Origin: Felis catus
Lineage: Eukaryota
Length of the DNA: 64,000 bases
Direction: 5' to 3'
Assembly (NCBI RefSeq): GCF_018350175.1
Contig: NC_058368.1
Span: 151,716,001-151,780,000 of the forward strand
Below, piece by piece: positions 27,781 through 41,925 of this stretch. Positions within the stretch are counted from its first letter, which is position 1; each line of letters opens with the position of its first letter. The notes beneath the pieces were generated by a model, which was not told the DNA's origin, did not search any database, and saw nothing but the letters and a program-made list of their open reading frames with translations. Both the position numbers and the translations under genes were made by a program.

Positions 27781-27899
27781 AGCTTATCACTTAGGTATTA
27801 GTGTTAATCTTACTGATAAACTCTGGAGACATTCAGGATGTTATGCATGACTGACACGTTTTTGAACAAACTTTTACTTATCCATTCCTCAGTGTCACG

Positions 27900-28080
27900 G
27901 TTTGGGGTGTTTTATACTTGGTCCTCACAATTATCTTTAGAGATGAGTCCAGTTATTATCCTGTTTGTAGAGATGAGGAAATCTGAGTACACAGAGAGAG
28001 TATTTTCCCCAGCTCATCAAGCTAGTTAAGTAAGGAAGTCAAACTCTGGCAGGCTGGTTCGAGGAATCATGCTCTTATAC
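27900..28080 (-). mobile_element. MIR SINE
   Basis: ttgtagagatgaggaaatctgagtacacagagag reverse core. Confidence 0.65.
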
Positions 28081-28209
28081 TTTGTATGTGTTGTAAGTAT
28101 TCCCCAAACTTCACATTTTCGATTTTATTATTACATATGTTAAAAATTAGGTTTCATATAATCAAATCCATTGATATATACCTTCTTTAGTAGGTATAGC
28201 AATTTTTTA

Positions 28210-28450
28210 CAAATATATCTCAAGGAAATTAAACAACTATACAAAGTGCTTGGTAGGTATGTTTATCATGATATTGTTTAGAAGAGGAAGACAACTGGAA
28301 GCATCTTAAACGTTCAACAACTAAGAGTTGAACAAATATATTATGATACATTAATACACAGACCTAGCACTGCCATTAAAAATAATGGGGAATCTAGATC
28401 TGCTGACAGAATATGGTCGTGACATACTGGTAAATATAAAGGTAAATTTT
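28210..28450 (+). mobile_element. Ancient L1 fragment (L1ME-like)
   Basis: atgtttatcatgatattgttta...aactggaagcatcttaaacgttcaacaa...tgccattaaaaataatg. Confidence 0.55.
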
Positions 28451-30169
28451 GGAAATATGAACTATGTTTAAAAACATGTGAATTACATTTTTACCTAAAC
28501 ATATTATTATATTAGTAACAATTTCTCTTGGCTGATTATCTCTTCTTTTAAACATCCTAAAATGAGAATGGATTACTGGTAGAAAAAAATAGCTTTTTCA
28601 GAAAAATCAAGGTCCTGACTCTTTCACCAACGCACATGGCTCCCTGGTTAAAAGCAATAAACACCCATATTTCCAGGAAAAAAAAAGTCTTTACTTATCA
28701 AGAGTCCAAAGAAACATGCACTTGTTTGGGGGTTCATAGTCTTTCTGAAATATATACAAGAGATATTAAACAAAGATATTTTTGCACCTCTTCATAGATC
28801 TTTTTATGAATTATAGGTTTCAAACACAAGCAATCCATTTGTAGGCAAGACTGGCCACATCCTCTTAGGAGTAGACATCTCTAAGAACCCTCTTAATAAA
28901 CCATTATTCATTGGATACTTACACTAGATAAGAGGCACACAGTAAATACAGGTTGACTATTGAACAAAGAACCAGCACTAGACATTAACCAGAGTTCAAA
29001 TTTAATCTCATTGAAGGTTAAATTCAGAAGCCTGTTCTTACTCTTAAAATAATTAGAAAACATGTATTTACGTGCACCAAAAGGTAAACTTTGAGGGTAG
29101 AGATTTTTATTGCTTGGTCACTGCTGTATCCTTGGCTCCTAGATCAGTACTTGATAAATATTGTTTTAAAAAATAAATTAACTATGTACCATATAAAATT
29201 TCCCATTTTTATAAAATAACCCATTTGTCCTAATAACTGACAAATGAGGTAAGTTTTATTGTCACCATGTCACAAATTATAAACTAAAGCTTAGAATTTA
29301 AGGAACTTGACCAAGGCTTCACAGTCGGTAAATGCTGGATCTGGGACTTGAAGCCACACGTCCAACTGTAAAGTTCATTTACGCATGCTGTACATCTTCT
29401 CAGAACATACCACTCTGTGAGCTCTCTGAGGAAACAGAGATTACTGAACATTCTAGTCTATGGCTACTCAAGTATCCTTTCATTCATTTGTTGAGCAAAT
29501 ACTAACTGATTCCCTAGCACACAAATGTTTAGACACTGGGATTGCAATTTTTTTTTTTTTTAAAGGCAGGGGAGGTCCCCTGTCACATAGTTCTTACAAG
29601 AAGGAAACAAAGAGCAAACGTGCCAACTAGGGAATAAATAAGATAATTTTAGAGATGGATATGTGATCTGAGGAAACTTTAAATAGGTGGATGAGGGATG
29701 GTGCTTCTTAGCAGGAGGGCCCCTCCACAGGAAGATTTAGGAAACACTGTTACAGGCAAGGGATCAAATGGCAAGTTTAAAAGCCCTGAGTAATAAATAA
29801 ATAAAGTCAGCACATTTGAGGATATAAAATGGCCAGTGTGCCTGGAACAGGGGAACCAGCGGGGGAAAATGAGAACTAGCTGGGAAGTACCGCTACCTCA
29901 TTTTTATTTCTTTGGAATTTTAAAGTTACTACGGAATAGGTATGCAATTCAGGCATAGTAAGCTAAATAACTAATATAATATCCCATTAGACAACAATTA
30001 CAAACTATTAATCCTTTTATCCAAAAATAGGTTATTGTAGCTTTCAACAATACTTTAAAAAAAATGAACAGAGAAAACTTTTTAAGAAAATGAACGCAGT
30101 ATAAACTAGCATTATGAATGCAGTGAAAGATGAATTTAAAATAAATTACTAGGGATATTAGACTGGCTA

Positions 30170-30331
30170 CAGAAAAGGCTGCTTAACACTGGCATTGGCT
30201 TTCAAGAGAAATCATGGAATCTCCCCTCTGGAGATGGTTTAAAATAGGATTAGATATATTCACTCAGTGCAGTCTTGCCTGAAAGCCTCTGCTGACCTCT
30301 CAAGGTCTTGCCAGTCCTGTGATTCTGTGAT
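30170..30331 (+). mobile_element. CR1/L3 LINE 3' end
   Basis: tggaatctcccctctggagatggtttaaaaatagg (ESPSLE-like ORF2 end) and terminal gacctctcaaggtcttgccagtcctgtgattctgtgat, typical of the CR1 tail. Confidence 0.75.
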
Positions 30332-30904
30332 AAAATTAGACTCTTTCATTGGGCGAAAACAACACAGGGTTCACCATGCCAGCTGCAACCTGGAATAATT
30401 GGAAGGGACTGATTTTGGAGTAGTATACCTCCTACAGCTGAGACAAGATGCAATTAACAGATCCCCAAACCTCTCTTATTTCATGCTGTACTGAGTACTC
30501 CACTGGTTCACAGCCAATAATGGTTGGTATCAGTGATACAAGCAAAGTCAAGTGGTCTGATCCATGATTAAACACTAGATGTCTTTATTAGCTGCTGACC
30601 TTGCTTTGAACAGCATGACTTCAAGAATTGTGTACCTATTAGCTGATTCTTTGATCCTTGAAAATAGGAACCAGATGAATCCAATAATGCATTTTTATTT
30701 GGCCTCTTTTCTGCCATTCTCAAGATTAAATAACTCCAGTTCTGATGCCATGAGCCTTAACCTCATTAAATGACTCAGCTCAACTGTTTAGATACTTAAT
30801 CATCAGCACTTATCCACTGTATTTTCTCATTTAACAATCTCTACGTTGAATATAATTTCAAGCAATTTTTTTTTTTTTTTGCTGTGACATTCTCAGTTAG
30901 AAGT

Positions 30905-31110
30905 GACTGGGCACAGTGACTAGAGCACAACTCGATCGTGAGGCAGACCTGGGTTTAATGGCGGCTCTTTCCCACCCAAGATGCCTGAACCTGGAGAAGC
31001 TGTGGAACTACTCTGAGCCTTAATTTCTTTATGTGTGTATTAGGCATAACATGAATGCCTAGATCACAGAATAGTATTGGGATTAAATGGAGATAACATA
31101 AAGTAGCTTT
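30905..31110 (+). mobile_element. MIR SINE
   Basis: ggcagacctgggtttaat...ctctgagccttaatttcttt...gggattaaatggagataa. Confidence 0.65.
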
Positions 31111-33385
31111 CTTCCCTCATCTTCTGCACAGTTCATCCCAACTCTGATGTACATTTAACATAAAACACTATCATATATGTAATTTTCTATGTTGACTTAC
31201 TGTTCCCCTTTCACTTCCCACCTTTATCCTGTGCCAACACACACAAACACACATTCATACACACATCCAGAGGTAAGCCCCATGAGGACAGAGATCTTTT
31301 TTGGTTCGTCCACAGTGCCGACAAAGATGCCGACAAAAAATGGTTTTGGGAAAATATCCATGGAGTAAATGAAAGCATGAAACAACTTGTACGGTGGTGT
31401 CAGGTATGTAATCAGCATTCCATAAAATGTTAGGTGACTTCTTTTTCTTGGAAATAATGGAAGGTTAACTATACCCAACAGTTCATTATCTGAAGCAGCC
31501 TTGGGCCAAGGACAGAGTGAAAGAAGCCTGTATAACAGACAAACACTCAGTTCTGGCTTTGACAACGATAACATAACTTGGGGCAAATCACTTTATTGCT
31601 TTGAATTCCTCACATGCAAATTATTTCCACATAGGAGAAACTCTGAGATCTATGTTCTTATTAATATGGTCATTGAATATTGTGTGAATACAGATCATGT
31701 TCCTTAGTAAAAGTGACACAAAAGAGCAAGGGAAATATGCAGTTAGGATGGCAGATGCTTTCAGAACCAGCTTCCCAATTTCCTGGCATCTCCAATTAAC
31801 CTCACTGTAAATGAGGATATGAGGAAACTGATGAAGGAATGGATGAGTATGTGAGCCCTTCCCAATGAACATCTGCACTGCGACCCTATTTACTCAGTCC
31901 TACACGGCAAAACAAGGGGACAGAAAATCCCTCAAGCTTGGATCAGTCAGAAGAACATGAGTACCCTGGTGTGAGTTTCTGGATCATATCTGCCGTACAT
32001 GCCAAGATAGCTACATGTTTGTGTTCCAGGAAAAGTGTTTCTTGAGTCTCTTTCATAGAATTGCCTTCACTTTTTCAGCTTACTTTCCTTACTTATCCAT
32101 CACATTCATAATGTACAGTCAGGTCTCATAAGCTGGATAGTGCAACATTGGGAAGGAAAGCAGTTCATGGCATAAGGCTCAAATTCTGGAAGGAGGAAGA
32201 GCAAACTTGGAGATTCAGATTCTAACATAGCTCCTTTCATGTAAAATTTTAAATAGTTATGCCGATTCAAGATTAAAGTATATATGTTGGTTTGTGTTTC
32301 AATAAGTAATTATCTGATAAGCCTAAGAGGATGGGACAGCTGATCACAGGAAAAGAAGATAAAAGGACAAGTGGGCAGAATAAAGACAAGAAAAATGTAC
32401 ACGACAGAAAGAATAAAAATAAATGCAAATTCGAAACAAAAAGAAATGCTATCAACAGGTGGACTAATAACTAGAAAAAGTGCTTTAAGGGCAAAGTTTT
32501 TAATTAAAATTTTTTTTCAGAATTTAGAAATTAGATGGTGATTTGATTGGAGAGATGTTTTGAAAAGGGAAAAAAATGAATAGTAGAGATGTCTAAAGAT
32601 GCTGATTGAGAGGAACAACAAAGCCAGATGGCATAAATGGCATCTTTAGGAATTTTGTGGCATAAGAAGCTATGCTAAAAAATGCCCCCTCTGTCCTGAA
32701 AACGCTGCAGTCACATTCTGAGCATGCTCAGTGTTCTAGCTAGCCATGCTAACCCACTTAAATGTGCTCACCCCAAAACCTCTAAGTTTCTCTCAGCCAC
32801 TCAGGCCTTTGCATTTTTAGCCATCTTCAGTACTTCATTAGGCTGATTTTGCTGCCCTTATGGACATTTTAATCAGTAAAAGTTGCCTTCTTTGCGAAAT
32901 AGTTATGATATACCTACACTCACCAATTTTAAGCAGGTATTAAAAAGAGATTTGATATCAAATAAACTTACGTTAGGTTAAAATTAAGCTGCAGAATAAT
33001 TTATATAGTATGATTCATTTTTGATTACTAACAACACATGTATGTATCATTTATTTGTATAATTCTAGGGAAATGTGGGGAAACACACATAACTGCTAAT
33101 TTGGGTTTTCTGAGAAGTGGGGAGGGAAACAGAATGGCACAGAGGAACAGGGGAAACCTTTAAATTTTTCTTCAGACTTCTACATTCTTTGTTATAACAA
33201 TCATGCATCGCTTTATTAGAAAATAATAATGTAAAAAAGCACTCAAAGACTTTCTTACAGTTATTGTGGAGGACTTTTAATGTATATGGACTAATCTTTT
33301 ATGTGGATTATTTGGAAGCTCATTCATCGTTGGTCCCTAAGTTAATTCTCACATTTGAGATTTACTCTGTGCATGGTTTAAACAC

Positions 33386-33966
33386 TGTGACAGATACTGT
33401 TAACTGTCTATCCAATAACCATTTGCCTTCTTCCTTACTATATGAAATCTTCTAACAGTTGCTGAGTCAACACAGCCAGCTTAAAAATAAAATAGAACAA
33501 CAAAATAAAATGGAGCAGAATGAAACAAAACAAAACCCAAACAAAATAGAAGATTTTATCTTTACACAACTAAGGGTGGTCACGAGAATAAGATCTAGCC
33601 AAAGTGACATGAGCAGAAGTTATGTAGGGCTGCAGAACTCCTTTAAAAGGAAAAGGGGAAGCTTGACCATACCCTTCTGCCTTTCCCATCACGCTCCTTC
33701 CTGCTGCCTGGAATAATGACATGAGGACAGAAATTCTAGCAGCCACTTTACCCATGCGGTGAGTCTGAGGATGGAAGCCACACACTGACGATGATGGAGG
33801 AGAAAAAGGAAAAGGAAGGTTTTCTAGTGACTCCATGGTTCCAATGATCACACATGACTGCCTAATTGTGGACTTCATTTATTCGAGGGGATGGATTTTG
33901 TTGCGTTTAATCACTACTATTTTTGGATTTTCTGTTGTATGCAGATGAATTTAGTACTGATTAACA
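33386..33966 (+). mobile_element. MaLR LTR (MLT1J-like)
   Basis: Start tgtgacagatactgttaactgtctatccaata; internal cttcctgctgcctggaat and gaggatggaagccacacac. Confidence 0.75.
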
Positions 33967-34939
33967 TAGATGTATACAGACTCAGTGCATGTGGAAAATA
34001 AAATTTTTGTGGGAAGACCAGAATTATAAAGTTAGATTCAATTTTTTTTGCTTTTGTAATAACAGTTATATTATTCTCATGCTCAGATATAGAGCAGCTC
34101 CTTGTTAAGTCATGTATAATTCTGGCTGTGTATACTTTGCTTCCATAAAACACTACCAATTCTGATGAATAATTGAGTGCTCAGAGCTGTTGTGAAAGTT
34201 CTTGGTCTCTGCCTTTTCCTGCTAACGATAGAAAGTTTTGATGATTTGATTAAATAAAAATAAAAGTGCATGGAGGCAAGAGTGCTCCAATCACTTAAAC
34301 CTGTTTTTAAGGGGTCAAAGCGCTAATCTGTGAAATTTCAGGCAACAAAACATCACTGTAAATAAGAAATCTGAGCTGAAAGGGAGCACAAGACTTGTTC
34401 AATGACATGAGAATAGACCTGGAAGTAAAACTGTCTAATGGGTTCTAATTCTGGCTGTGCCATCTAATTATCATTTGTGTCTAAGTGATATCATTTAGTT
34501 TATCCATGCCTCATTAGTGAAATTGGGTAACTGACCCATAGGGAAAGAAAATATTTCATGGTGGAGTGAAGCATGGGTTGAGAGAACTTTGTGGAAGTCT
34601 TCCCTCTACGAAAGAAGGTGTATTCTGAATGCCTATGTGCCTAGCCATCCAGATATACCTTTATTCAAATCATGATTTGATCCCTGGCAAATGGTGTTTT
34701 GAACATAATATGATGGGCAAAGAACAGAGAAGGTTATGGTATACAAGGGGCTGTGAGCAAGCAGCACTCCTTCTTTCTCACTCCTCCCAGTTGTCAATGG
34801 CCATGACATAGAGATGTAACTCTAGTACCAGCTCCTTTTATTATATAGAAAATGGCTCATGTTACATACTTTGAAGAACTGTCCTGAATCTGCTGTGTAA
34901 CCCATTTTTTAAATAACAGGATTAAGCAGACAATGGGAT

Positions 34940-35075
34940 TACTATTCCCATTTTACAGATGAGATTATTGAAACCCAGAGGTAAGATATAAGTTGACCAA
35001 AGTCACTTAGGAATTGAATGGCAGAGCTGGAATCCAAATTCAGAGTCTTCTTTGATCGAGATTCTAAATCTAATA
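34940..35075 (-). mobile_element. MIR SINE
   Basis: cccattttacagatgagattattgaaacccagaggtaagatataagttgaccaaagtcac. Confidence 0.8.
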
Positions 35076-36748
35076 GTCTAAACATAACCTTTACTGGTTT
35101 GCATGGGATAAAGGAAAGCAGGTTGTAACTAATGAGCAAACTGGATAAGCAGATTTAAAGATGTCTGAATTATTCTCTCATTTCCTTTCCCTCCAAGCTG
35201 TGTACATTCTTAACAAACCAGACATTCTCAAGTACACACATACATGTGTGTGTACATGCACACACATACTCCATGTTTGTAGTGTGAGGAGGGAAAGAAC
35301 AACCATGTCCTGTGTTCCCTAAGAGGAGGCTACATAAGAGCATGAGCATTTATATGAAGATTAAAACTCTATTTTCAATAATTTAGTAGTGACAGGCTCT
35401 TAACCATGAAGTATAGAATTTTCTAGCAGAATCTAAGATAACAAACAGGTCAGAAACTCTAGCAGACAATAGGCACATCCATCTCATTCACTCCTGACAT
35501 CTCAAGGCTTAGAACAATGCCAGTTAAATCAGAAGAAGTAAAAAAAATACATATATTTGTAAAGGAACGCTTGAACTAACTCTTCTAACTGTAGGTAAAA
35601 TGTCCTTTTGAATGTCTAGTAATTTTAAAAATTTGATACGTTCATAATCCACTTAGTTCAGATTCTTAGATACATAAGACTAGAAATTTAAGAACTTTGC
35701 CCAATGACACTACAAGATTTTAAGCCCATCTGAGCAGAGAATGAGAACTTTTCTTTGTTTTACTACTGTGTTCTTAAGAATACCATAGTCCCTGGCACAA
35801 TTTAATGTTTGCAAAGTTTATAAATCAATGATGCACTGGGTTCATTTCCGTTTAAATAAAGACTTCGCTATAGTTACTAGAAATCTAATGGCTTTGAAGA
35901 GTTAATCCTGCTTTTAAAAGAGGCTAACATTATATTTGGCAAAATTTTGGCACTACAAAGTTAGTCTCCAATAGAATAATTTATTTATGTAAAATTAAGG
36001 AAATCTTAAAATAAAAACAAAATGTATGGCTTAGGCTATCAATTACCACTGGGTGGAGTTTAGACCAAGAGGAAAAACAATGTTTCGCTGTTTAGGTCTG
36101 GTTCAAATATGGCTAAGAGTAAAGACACTGATTTGGATCACAACTGCCCTCATTACATGTAACACGAATTTGTTTTGGTTATTGTGACCACATGATGTGC
36201 TCCATCCAACACTCCTGAGTTTATGGAACTTCCCTGAAGCAGATGGGAAGCCATTTACTTTGGGGAGGGCATAATGCTTTTTAAGTTTTAGATCTGACAG
36301 GAGAGCTGTGTCAGCACAAAGGAGAGAAAGCTAGTGGCCCCAGAGCAAAATCCTTCTGCCAAGAGGACTAAGAAGGAATTTCTTTGGGAATCATACAGGA
36401 AGAAATCCTTCAAGGGATAAGTAGTAACTTCAACCACTAGGCCCTTTCAGCTTCTGCTAAGGAAAAGCATTAAAAATCTAAATGAATCCAAAGAAATCTG
36501 AAAACTGGATGAAAAATGACCTAGAACACAATGCTGATTTTGACTATGTATATCTTTTCTCCATTGAATATAGAGTTACGGGACTTGCCCGGCCAAAGAC
36601 TCAGATTACAACAGAGAATAAAATATTTATTAAGCCATGTATGTTAGAAATAAAAGCAAACAGACAACAACACAAATGAACTCAAGTGCCAGATAGGAAA
36701 AATTAAATGTCCAAATCACTCTATTGCTTACTGGCAGGCCTAAAAAAA

Positions 36749-36964
36749 TTTCTTTTTATTCAAGTTAGTTAACATGTTAATATACAGGGTAGTCTTGGCT
36801 TTGGGAGTAGAACCCGGTGATTCATCTCTTACTTATGACACCCAGTGCTCATCCCAAACTGTGCCCTACTTTATGTTCATCACCCATTTAACCCATCCCA
36901 CCACCCAAACCCCTTTCCAGCAACCCTCAGTTTGTTATCTGTATTTAAGAGTCTCTTATGGTTT
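36749..36964 (-). mobile_element. Short carnivore L1 3' UTR insertion
   Basis: Reverse complement resembles the 3' UTR at 41990-42120 (cacccagtgctcatccca, accctcagtttgtt); TSD ggcag(g/a)cctaaaa at 36733-36745 and 36965-36977. Confidence 0.85.
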
Positions 36965-37112
36965 GGCAGACCTAAAATTTAAACCCAGTTCTTAACTCCC
37001 AATTAATTCAAGGGGTAAAGATTTAGTATCATTTTATAAATAATTACATTTGCCAAAGAAGCTAGTAAACTGTTCTATAAACACAAAATTTTAATTATAA
37101 TTTTTGAATTCA

Positions 37113-38037
37113 CCATCATAAATCATGGAAATTCACATCAAACACACTTAAGAATATATAACACTACACATCTATCAGAATAGCTAAAATTAAAAATACA
37201 ATAGCTAGTGTTGGGAAGGACTTTCAGTAACTGGAATTCTTATACACTGGTGGGAATGTAAACTGCCACAACTACTTTCTAAGAGTATTTGCCAGTATCC
37301 ACTAAAGCTATACATATAGTACTCTGTAATCCCAGAAATTCCACTTTAAGGCATAAACCTAAGATAAATGAAAACATCTTTGCACAAAAATCTACACATG
37401 AATACTTAAGCCACTTTATTTATAAGGATAAGAAACTCAAAACAGCCAAATGTCCATTAATAGTGCACTGAATCAACATGTTTTGTTATATTCGTCCAGT
37501 GAAATACTATACAGCCCTGACAAAACTAAATTGCTGCTTCATACAACAATTTGGGTGGCTATTACAGAAATAATATTGAATGAATAAAGACAGACACAAG
37601 AAACAACTACTATATGATTTCATTTATGTGATGTTCAAAAATAGGCAAAAATAATCAACAATGACACAAATAAAAACAATGCTTATTTCTTGGCAGAGAG
37701 GTGAGATGTGGCTCAATGCTGGTATTGGCTGTGAAGAGACACAGGGAATCTTTCAGGGTAATAGAAATGTTTTATGTCTTGATCTGGGTAGTATTTAACT
37801 ACATGTAGGTATGTATGCACGTGTCTATCTACCTATCTACCCATTTACCTACGTGGCATATGTGTATGTGTCCATTTAACCACTCCCACGTGTATATATA
37901 CACACACACATATATACACATATACATATATTTACATATATATACACATATATACAATACTGTGGCTATCAATTGAGCTGTATACTTCAGGCTTACATAA
38001 TTTTTCCCTCATTGTATACAAAATTTAAACCTCAATT
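37113..38037 (+). mobile_element. Old L1 3' fragment (L1MC/MD-like) with an internal TA/CA simple repeat
   Basis: acactacacatctatcagaatagctaaaat, ctggtgggaatgtaaa, aaacagccaaatgtccattaa, tatgtcttgatctgggt. Confidence 0.8.
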
Positions 38038-38052
38038 AAAAGTCTGCATCTA

Positions 38053-38239
38053 GGGGTGCTTGGGTGGCTCAGTCAGGTAAGTGTCCGACTTCAGCTCAGG
38101 TCATGATCTCAAACCCCGTGTCTGGCTATGTGCAGATAGCTAAGAGCCTGGAGTCTTCTTTGGATTCTGTCTCTCACTCTCTTTCTCTGACCCTCCCCCT
38201 CTCACGTGCTCTCACTCTCTCAAAAATAAACAAACATTA
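38053..38239 (+). mobile_element. CAN-SINE with internal deletion
   Basis: TSD aaaagtctg(ca/tg)tcta at 38038-38052 and 38240-38254. Confidence 0.93.
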
Positions 38240-38357
38240 AAAAGTCTGTGTCTAAAATACTTATCTTGAAAACAAGCTAAAAATATTAATTGTATATATT
38301 CTCAATGAACATAAAGGTACAGTAATCTTTTCAATACAATACAAAATTAGGGCTACT

Positions 38358-41300
38358 CTGAATGATACATTGGATCAGATGAACTTGACAGATATATTTA
38401 GAACTCTGCATCCCAAAGCAACAGAATATACTTTCTTCTAGAGTGCACATGGAACATTCTCCAAGATAGATCATATACTGGGTCACAAAACAGCCCTTCA
38501 TAGGTTTACAAGAATTGAAATTATAGGGGCGCCTGGGTGGCGCAGTCGGTTAAGTGTCCGACTTCAGCCAGGTCACGATCTCGCGGTCCGTGAGTTCGAG
38601 CCCCGCGTCGGGCTCTGGGCTGATGGCTCAGAGCCTGGAGCCTGTTTCCGATTCTGTGTCTCCCTCTCTCTCTGCCCCTCCCCCGTTCATGCTCTGTCTC
38701 TCTCTGTCCCAAAAATAAATAAAAACGTTGAAAAAAAAATTAAAAAAAAAAAAAAGAAATTATACCATGCATACTTTCAGACCACAATGCTATGAAGCTT
38801 CAAATCAACCACAGAAAAAAGTCTGGAAAACCTCCAAAAGCATGGAGGTTAAAGAACACCCTACTAACGAATGAGTGGGTCAACCAGGCAATTAGAGAAG
38901 AAATTAAAAAATATATGGAAACAAACGAAAATGAAAATACAACAATCCAAATGCTTTGGGACGCAGCGAAGGCAGTCCTGAGAGGAAAATACATTGCAAT
39001 CCAGGCCTATCTCAAGAAACAAGAAAAATCCCAAATACAAAATCTAACAGCACACCTAAAGGAACTAGAAGCAGAACAGCAAAGGCAGCCTAAACCCAGC
39101 AGAAGAAGAGAAATAATAAAGATCAGAGCAGAAATAAACAATATAGAATCTAAAAAAACTGTAGAGCAGATCAACGAAACCAAGAGTTGGTTTTTTGAAA
39201 AAATAAACAAAATTGACAAACCTCTAGCCAGGCTTCTCAAAAAGAAAAGGGAGATGACCCAAATAGATAAAATCATGAATGAAAATGGAATTATTACAAC
39301 CAATCCCTCAGAGATACAAACAATTATCAGGGAATACTATGAAAAATTATATGCCAACAAATTGGACAACCTAGAAGAAATGGACAAATTCCTGAACACC
39401 CACACCCTTCCAAAACTCAATCAGGAGGAAATAGAAAGCTTGAACAGACCCATCACCAGCGAAGAAATTGAATCAGTTATCAAAAATCTCCCAACAAATA
39501 AGAGTCCAGGACCAGATGGCTTCCCAGGGGAGTTCTACCAGACGTTTAAAGCAGAGATAATACCTATCCTTCTCAAGCTATTCCAAGAAATAGAAAGGGA
39601 AGGAAAACTTCCAGACTCATTCTATGAAGCCAGTATTACTTTGATTCCTAAACCAGACAGAGACCCAGTAAAAAAAGAGAACTACAGGCCAATATCCCTG
39701 ATGAATATGGATGCAAAAATTCTCAATAAGATACTAGGAAATCGAATTCAACGGCATATAAAAAGAATTATTCACCATGATCAAGTGGGATTCATTCCTG
39801 GGATGCAGGGCTGGTTCAACATTCGCAAATCAATCAACGTGATACATCACATTAACAAAAAAAAAAAGAGAAGAACCATATGATCCTGTCAATCGATGCA
39901 GAAAAGGCCTTTGACAAAATCCAGCACCCTTTCTTAATAAAAACCCTTGAGAAAATCGGGGTAGAAGGAACATACTTAAAGATCATAAAAGCCATTTATG
40001 AAAAGCCCAAAGCTAACATCATCCTCAAGGAGGAAAAACTGAGAGCTTTCTCCCTGAGATCAGGAACACGACAGGTATGCCCACTCTCACCGCTGCTGTT
40101 TAACATAGTGCTGGAAGTTCTAGCATCAGCAATCAGACAACAAAAGGAAATCAAAGGCATCAAAATTGGCAAAGATGAAGTCAAGCTTTCGCTTTTTGCA
40201 GATGACATGATATTATACATGGAAAATCCGATAGACTCCACCAAAAGTCTGCTAGAACTGATACAGGAATTCAGCAAAGTTGCAGGATACAAAATCAATG
40301 TACAGAAATCAGTTGCATTCTTATACACTAACAATGAAGCAACAGAAAGACAAATAAAGAAACTGATCCCATTCACAATTGCACCAAGAAGCATAAAATA
40401 CCTAGGAATAAATCTAACCAAAGATGTAAAGGATCTGTATGCTGAAAACTATAGAAAGCTTATGAAGGCAATTGAAGAAGATTTAAAGAAATGGAAAGAC
40501 ATTCCCTGCTCATGGATTGGAAGAATAAATATTGTCAAAATGTCAATACTACCCAAAGCTATCTACACATTCAATGCAATCCCAATCAAAATTGCACCAG
40601 CATTCTTCTCAAAACTAGAACAAGCAATCCTAAAATTCATATGGAACCACAAAAGGCCCCGAATAGCCAAAGGAATTTTGAAGAAGAAGACCAATGCAGG
40701 AGGCATCACAATCCCAGACTTTAGCCTCTACTACAAAGCTGTAATCATCAAGACAGCATGGTATTGGCACAAAAACAGACACATAGACCAATGGAATAGA
40801 ATAGAAACCCCAGAACTAGACCCACAAACGTATGGCCAACTCATCTTTGACAAAGCAGGAAAGAACATCCAATGGAAAAAAGACAGCCTCTTTAACAAAT
40901 GGTGCTGGGAGAACTGGACAGCAACATGCAGAAGGTTGAAACTAGACCACTTTCTCACACCATTCACAAAAATAAACTCAAAATGGATAAAGGACCTGAA
41001 TGTGAGACAGGAAACCATCAAAACCTTAGAGGAGAAAGCAGGAAAAGACCTCTCTGACCTCAGCCGTAGCAATCTCTTACTCGACGCATCCCCAAAGGCA
41101 AGGGAATTAAAAGCAAAAGTGAATTACTGGGACCTTATGAAGATAAAAAGCTTCTGCACAGCAAAGGAAACAACCAACAAAACTAAAAGGCAACCAACGG
41201 AATGGGAAAAGATATTTGCAAATGACATATCGGACAAAGGGCTAGTATCCAAAATCTATAAAGAGCTCACCAAACTCCACACCCGAAAAACAAATAACCC

Positions 41301-41925
41301 AGTGAAGAAATGGGCAGAAAACATGAATAGACACTTCTCTAAAGAAGACATCCGGATGGCCAACAGGCACATGAAAAGATGTTCAGCGTCACTCCTTATC
41401 AGGGAAATACAAATCAAAACCACACTCAGATATCACCTCACGCCAGTCAGAGTGGCCAAAATGAACAAATCAGGAGACTATAGATGCTGGCGAGGATGTG
41501 GAGAAACGGGAACCCTCTTGCACTGTTGGTGGGAATGCAAATTGGTGCAGCCGCTCTGGAAAGCAGTGTGGAGGTTCCTCAGAAAATTAAAAATAGACCT
41601 ACCCTATGCCCCAGCAATAGCACTGCTAGTAATTTATCCAAGGGATACAGGAGTACTGATGCATAGGGCCACTTGTACCCCAATGTTCATAGCAGCACTC
41701 TCAACAATAGCCAAATTATGGAATGAGCCTAAATGTCCATCCACTGATGAATGGATAAAGAAATTGTGGTTTATATACACAATGGAATACTACATGGCAA
41801 TGAGAAAGAATGACATCTGGCCTTTTGTAGCAACGTGGATGAAACTGGAGAGTGTGATGCTAAGTGAAATAAGTCATACAGAGAAAGACAGATACCATAT
41901 GGTTTCACTCTTATGTGGATCCTGA
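38358..41925 (+). pseudogene. L1 ORF2 (partial endonuclease, reverse transcriptase, C-terminal Cys-rich domain), disrupted
   Basis: LNDTLDQM...SKIDHILG and SDHNAM (EN); [23 protein letters not shown] and KYLGINL (RT); [18 protein letters not shown]. Lesions: TAG at 38439-38441, SINE insertion, frameshift in A11 run at 39857-39867. Covers track ORFs 38792-39883 and 39880-41925. Confidence 0.97.
38526..38755 (+). mobile_element. Young felid CAN-SINE (SINEC_Fc-like) nested in the L1
   Basis: CpG-rich, near-consensus body; TSD gaaattata at 38517-38525 and 38756-38764. Confidence 0.98.
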
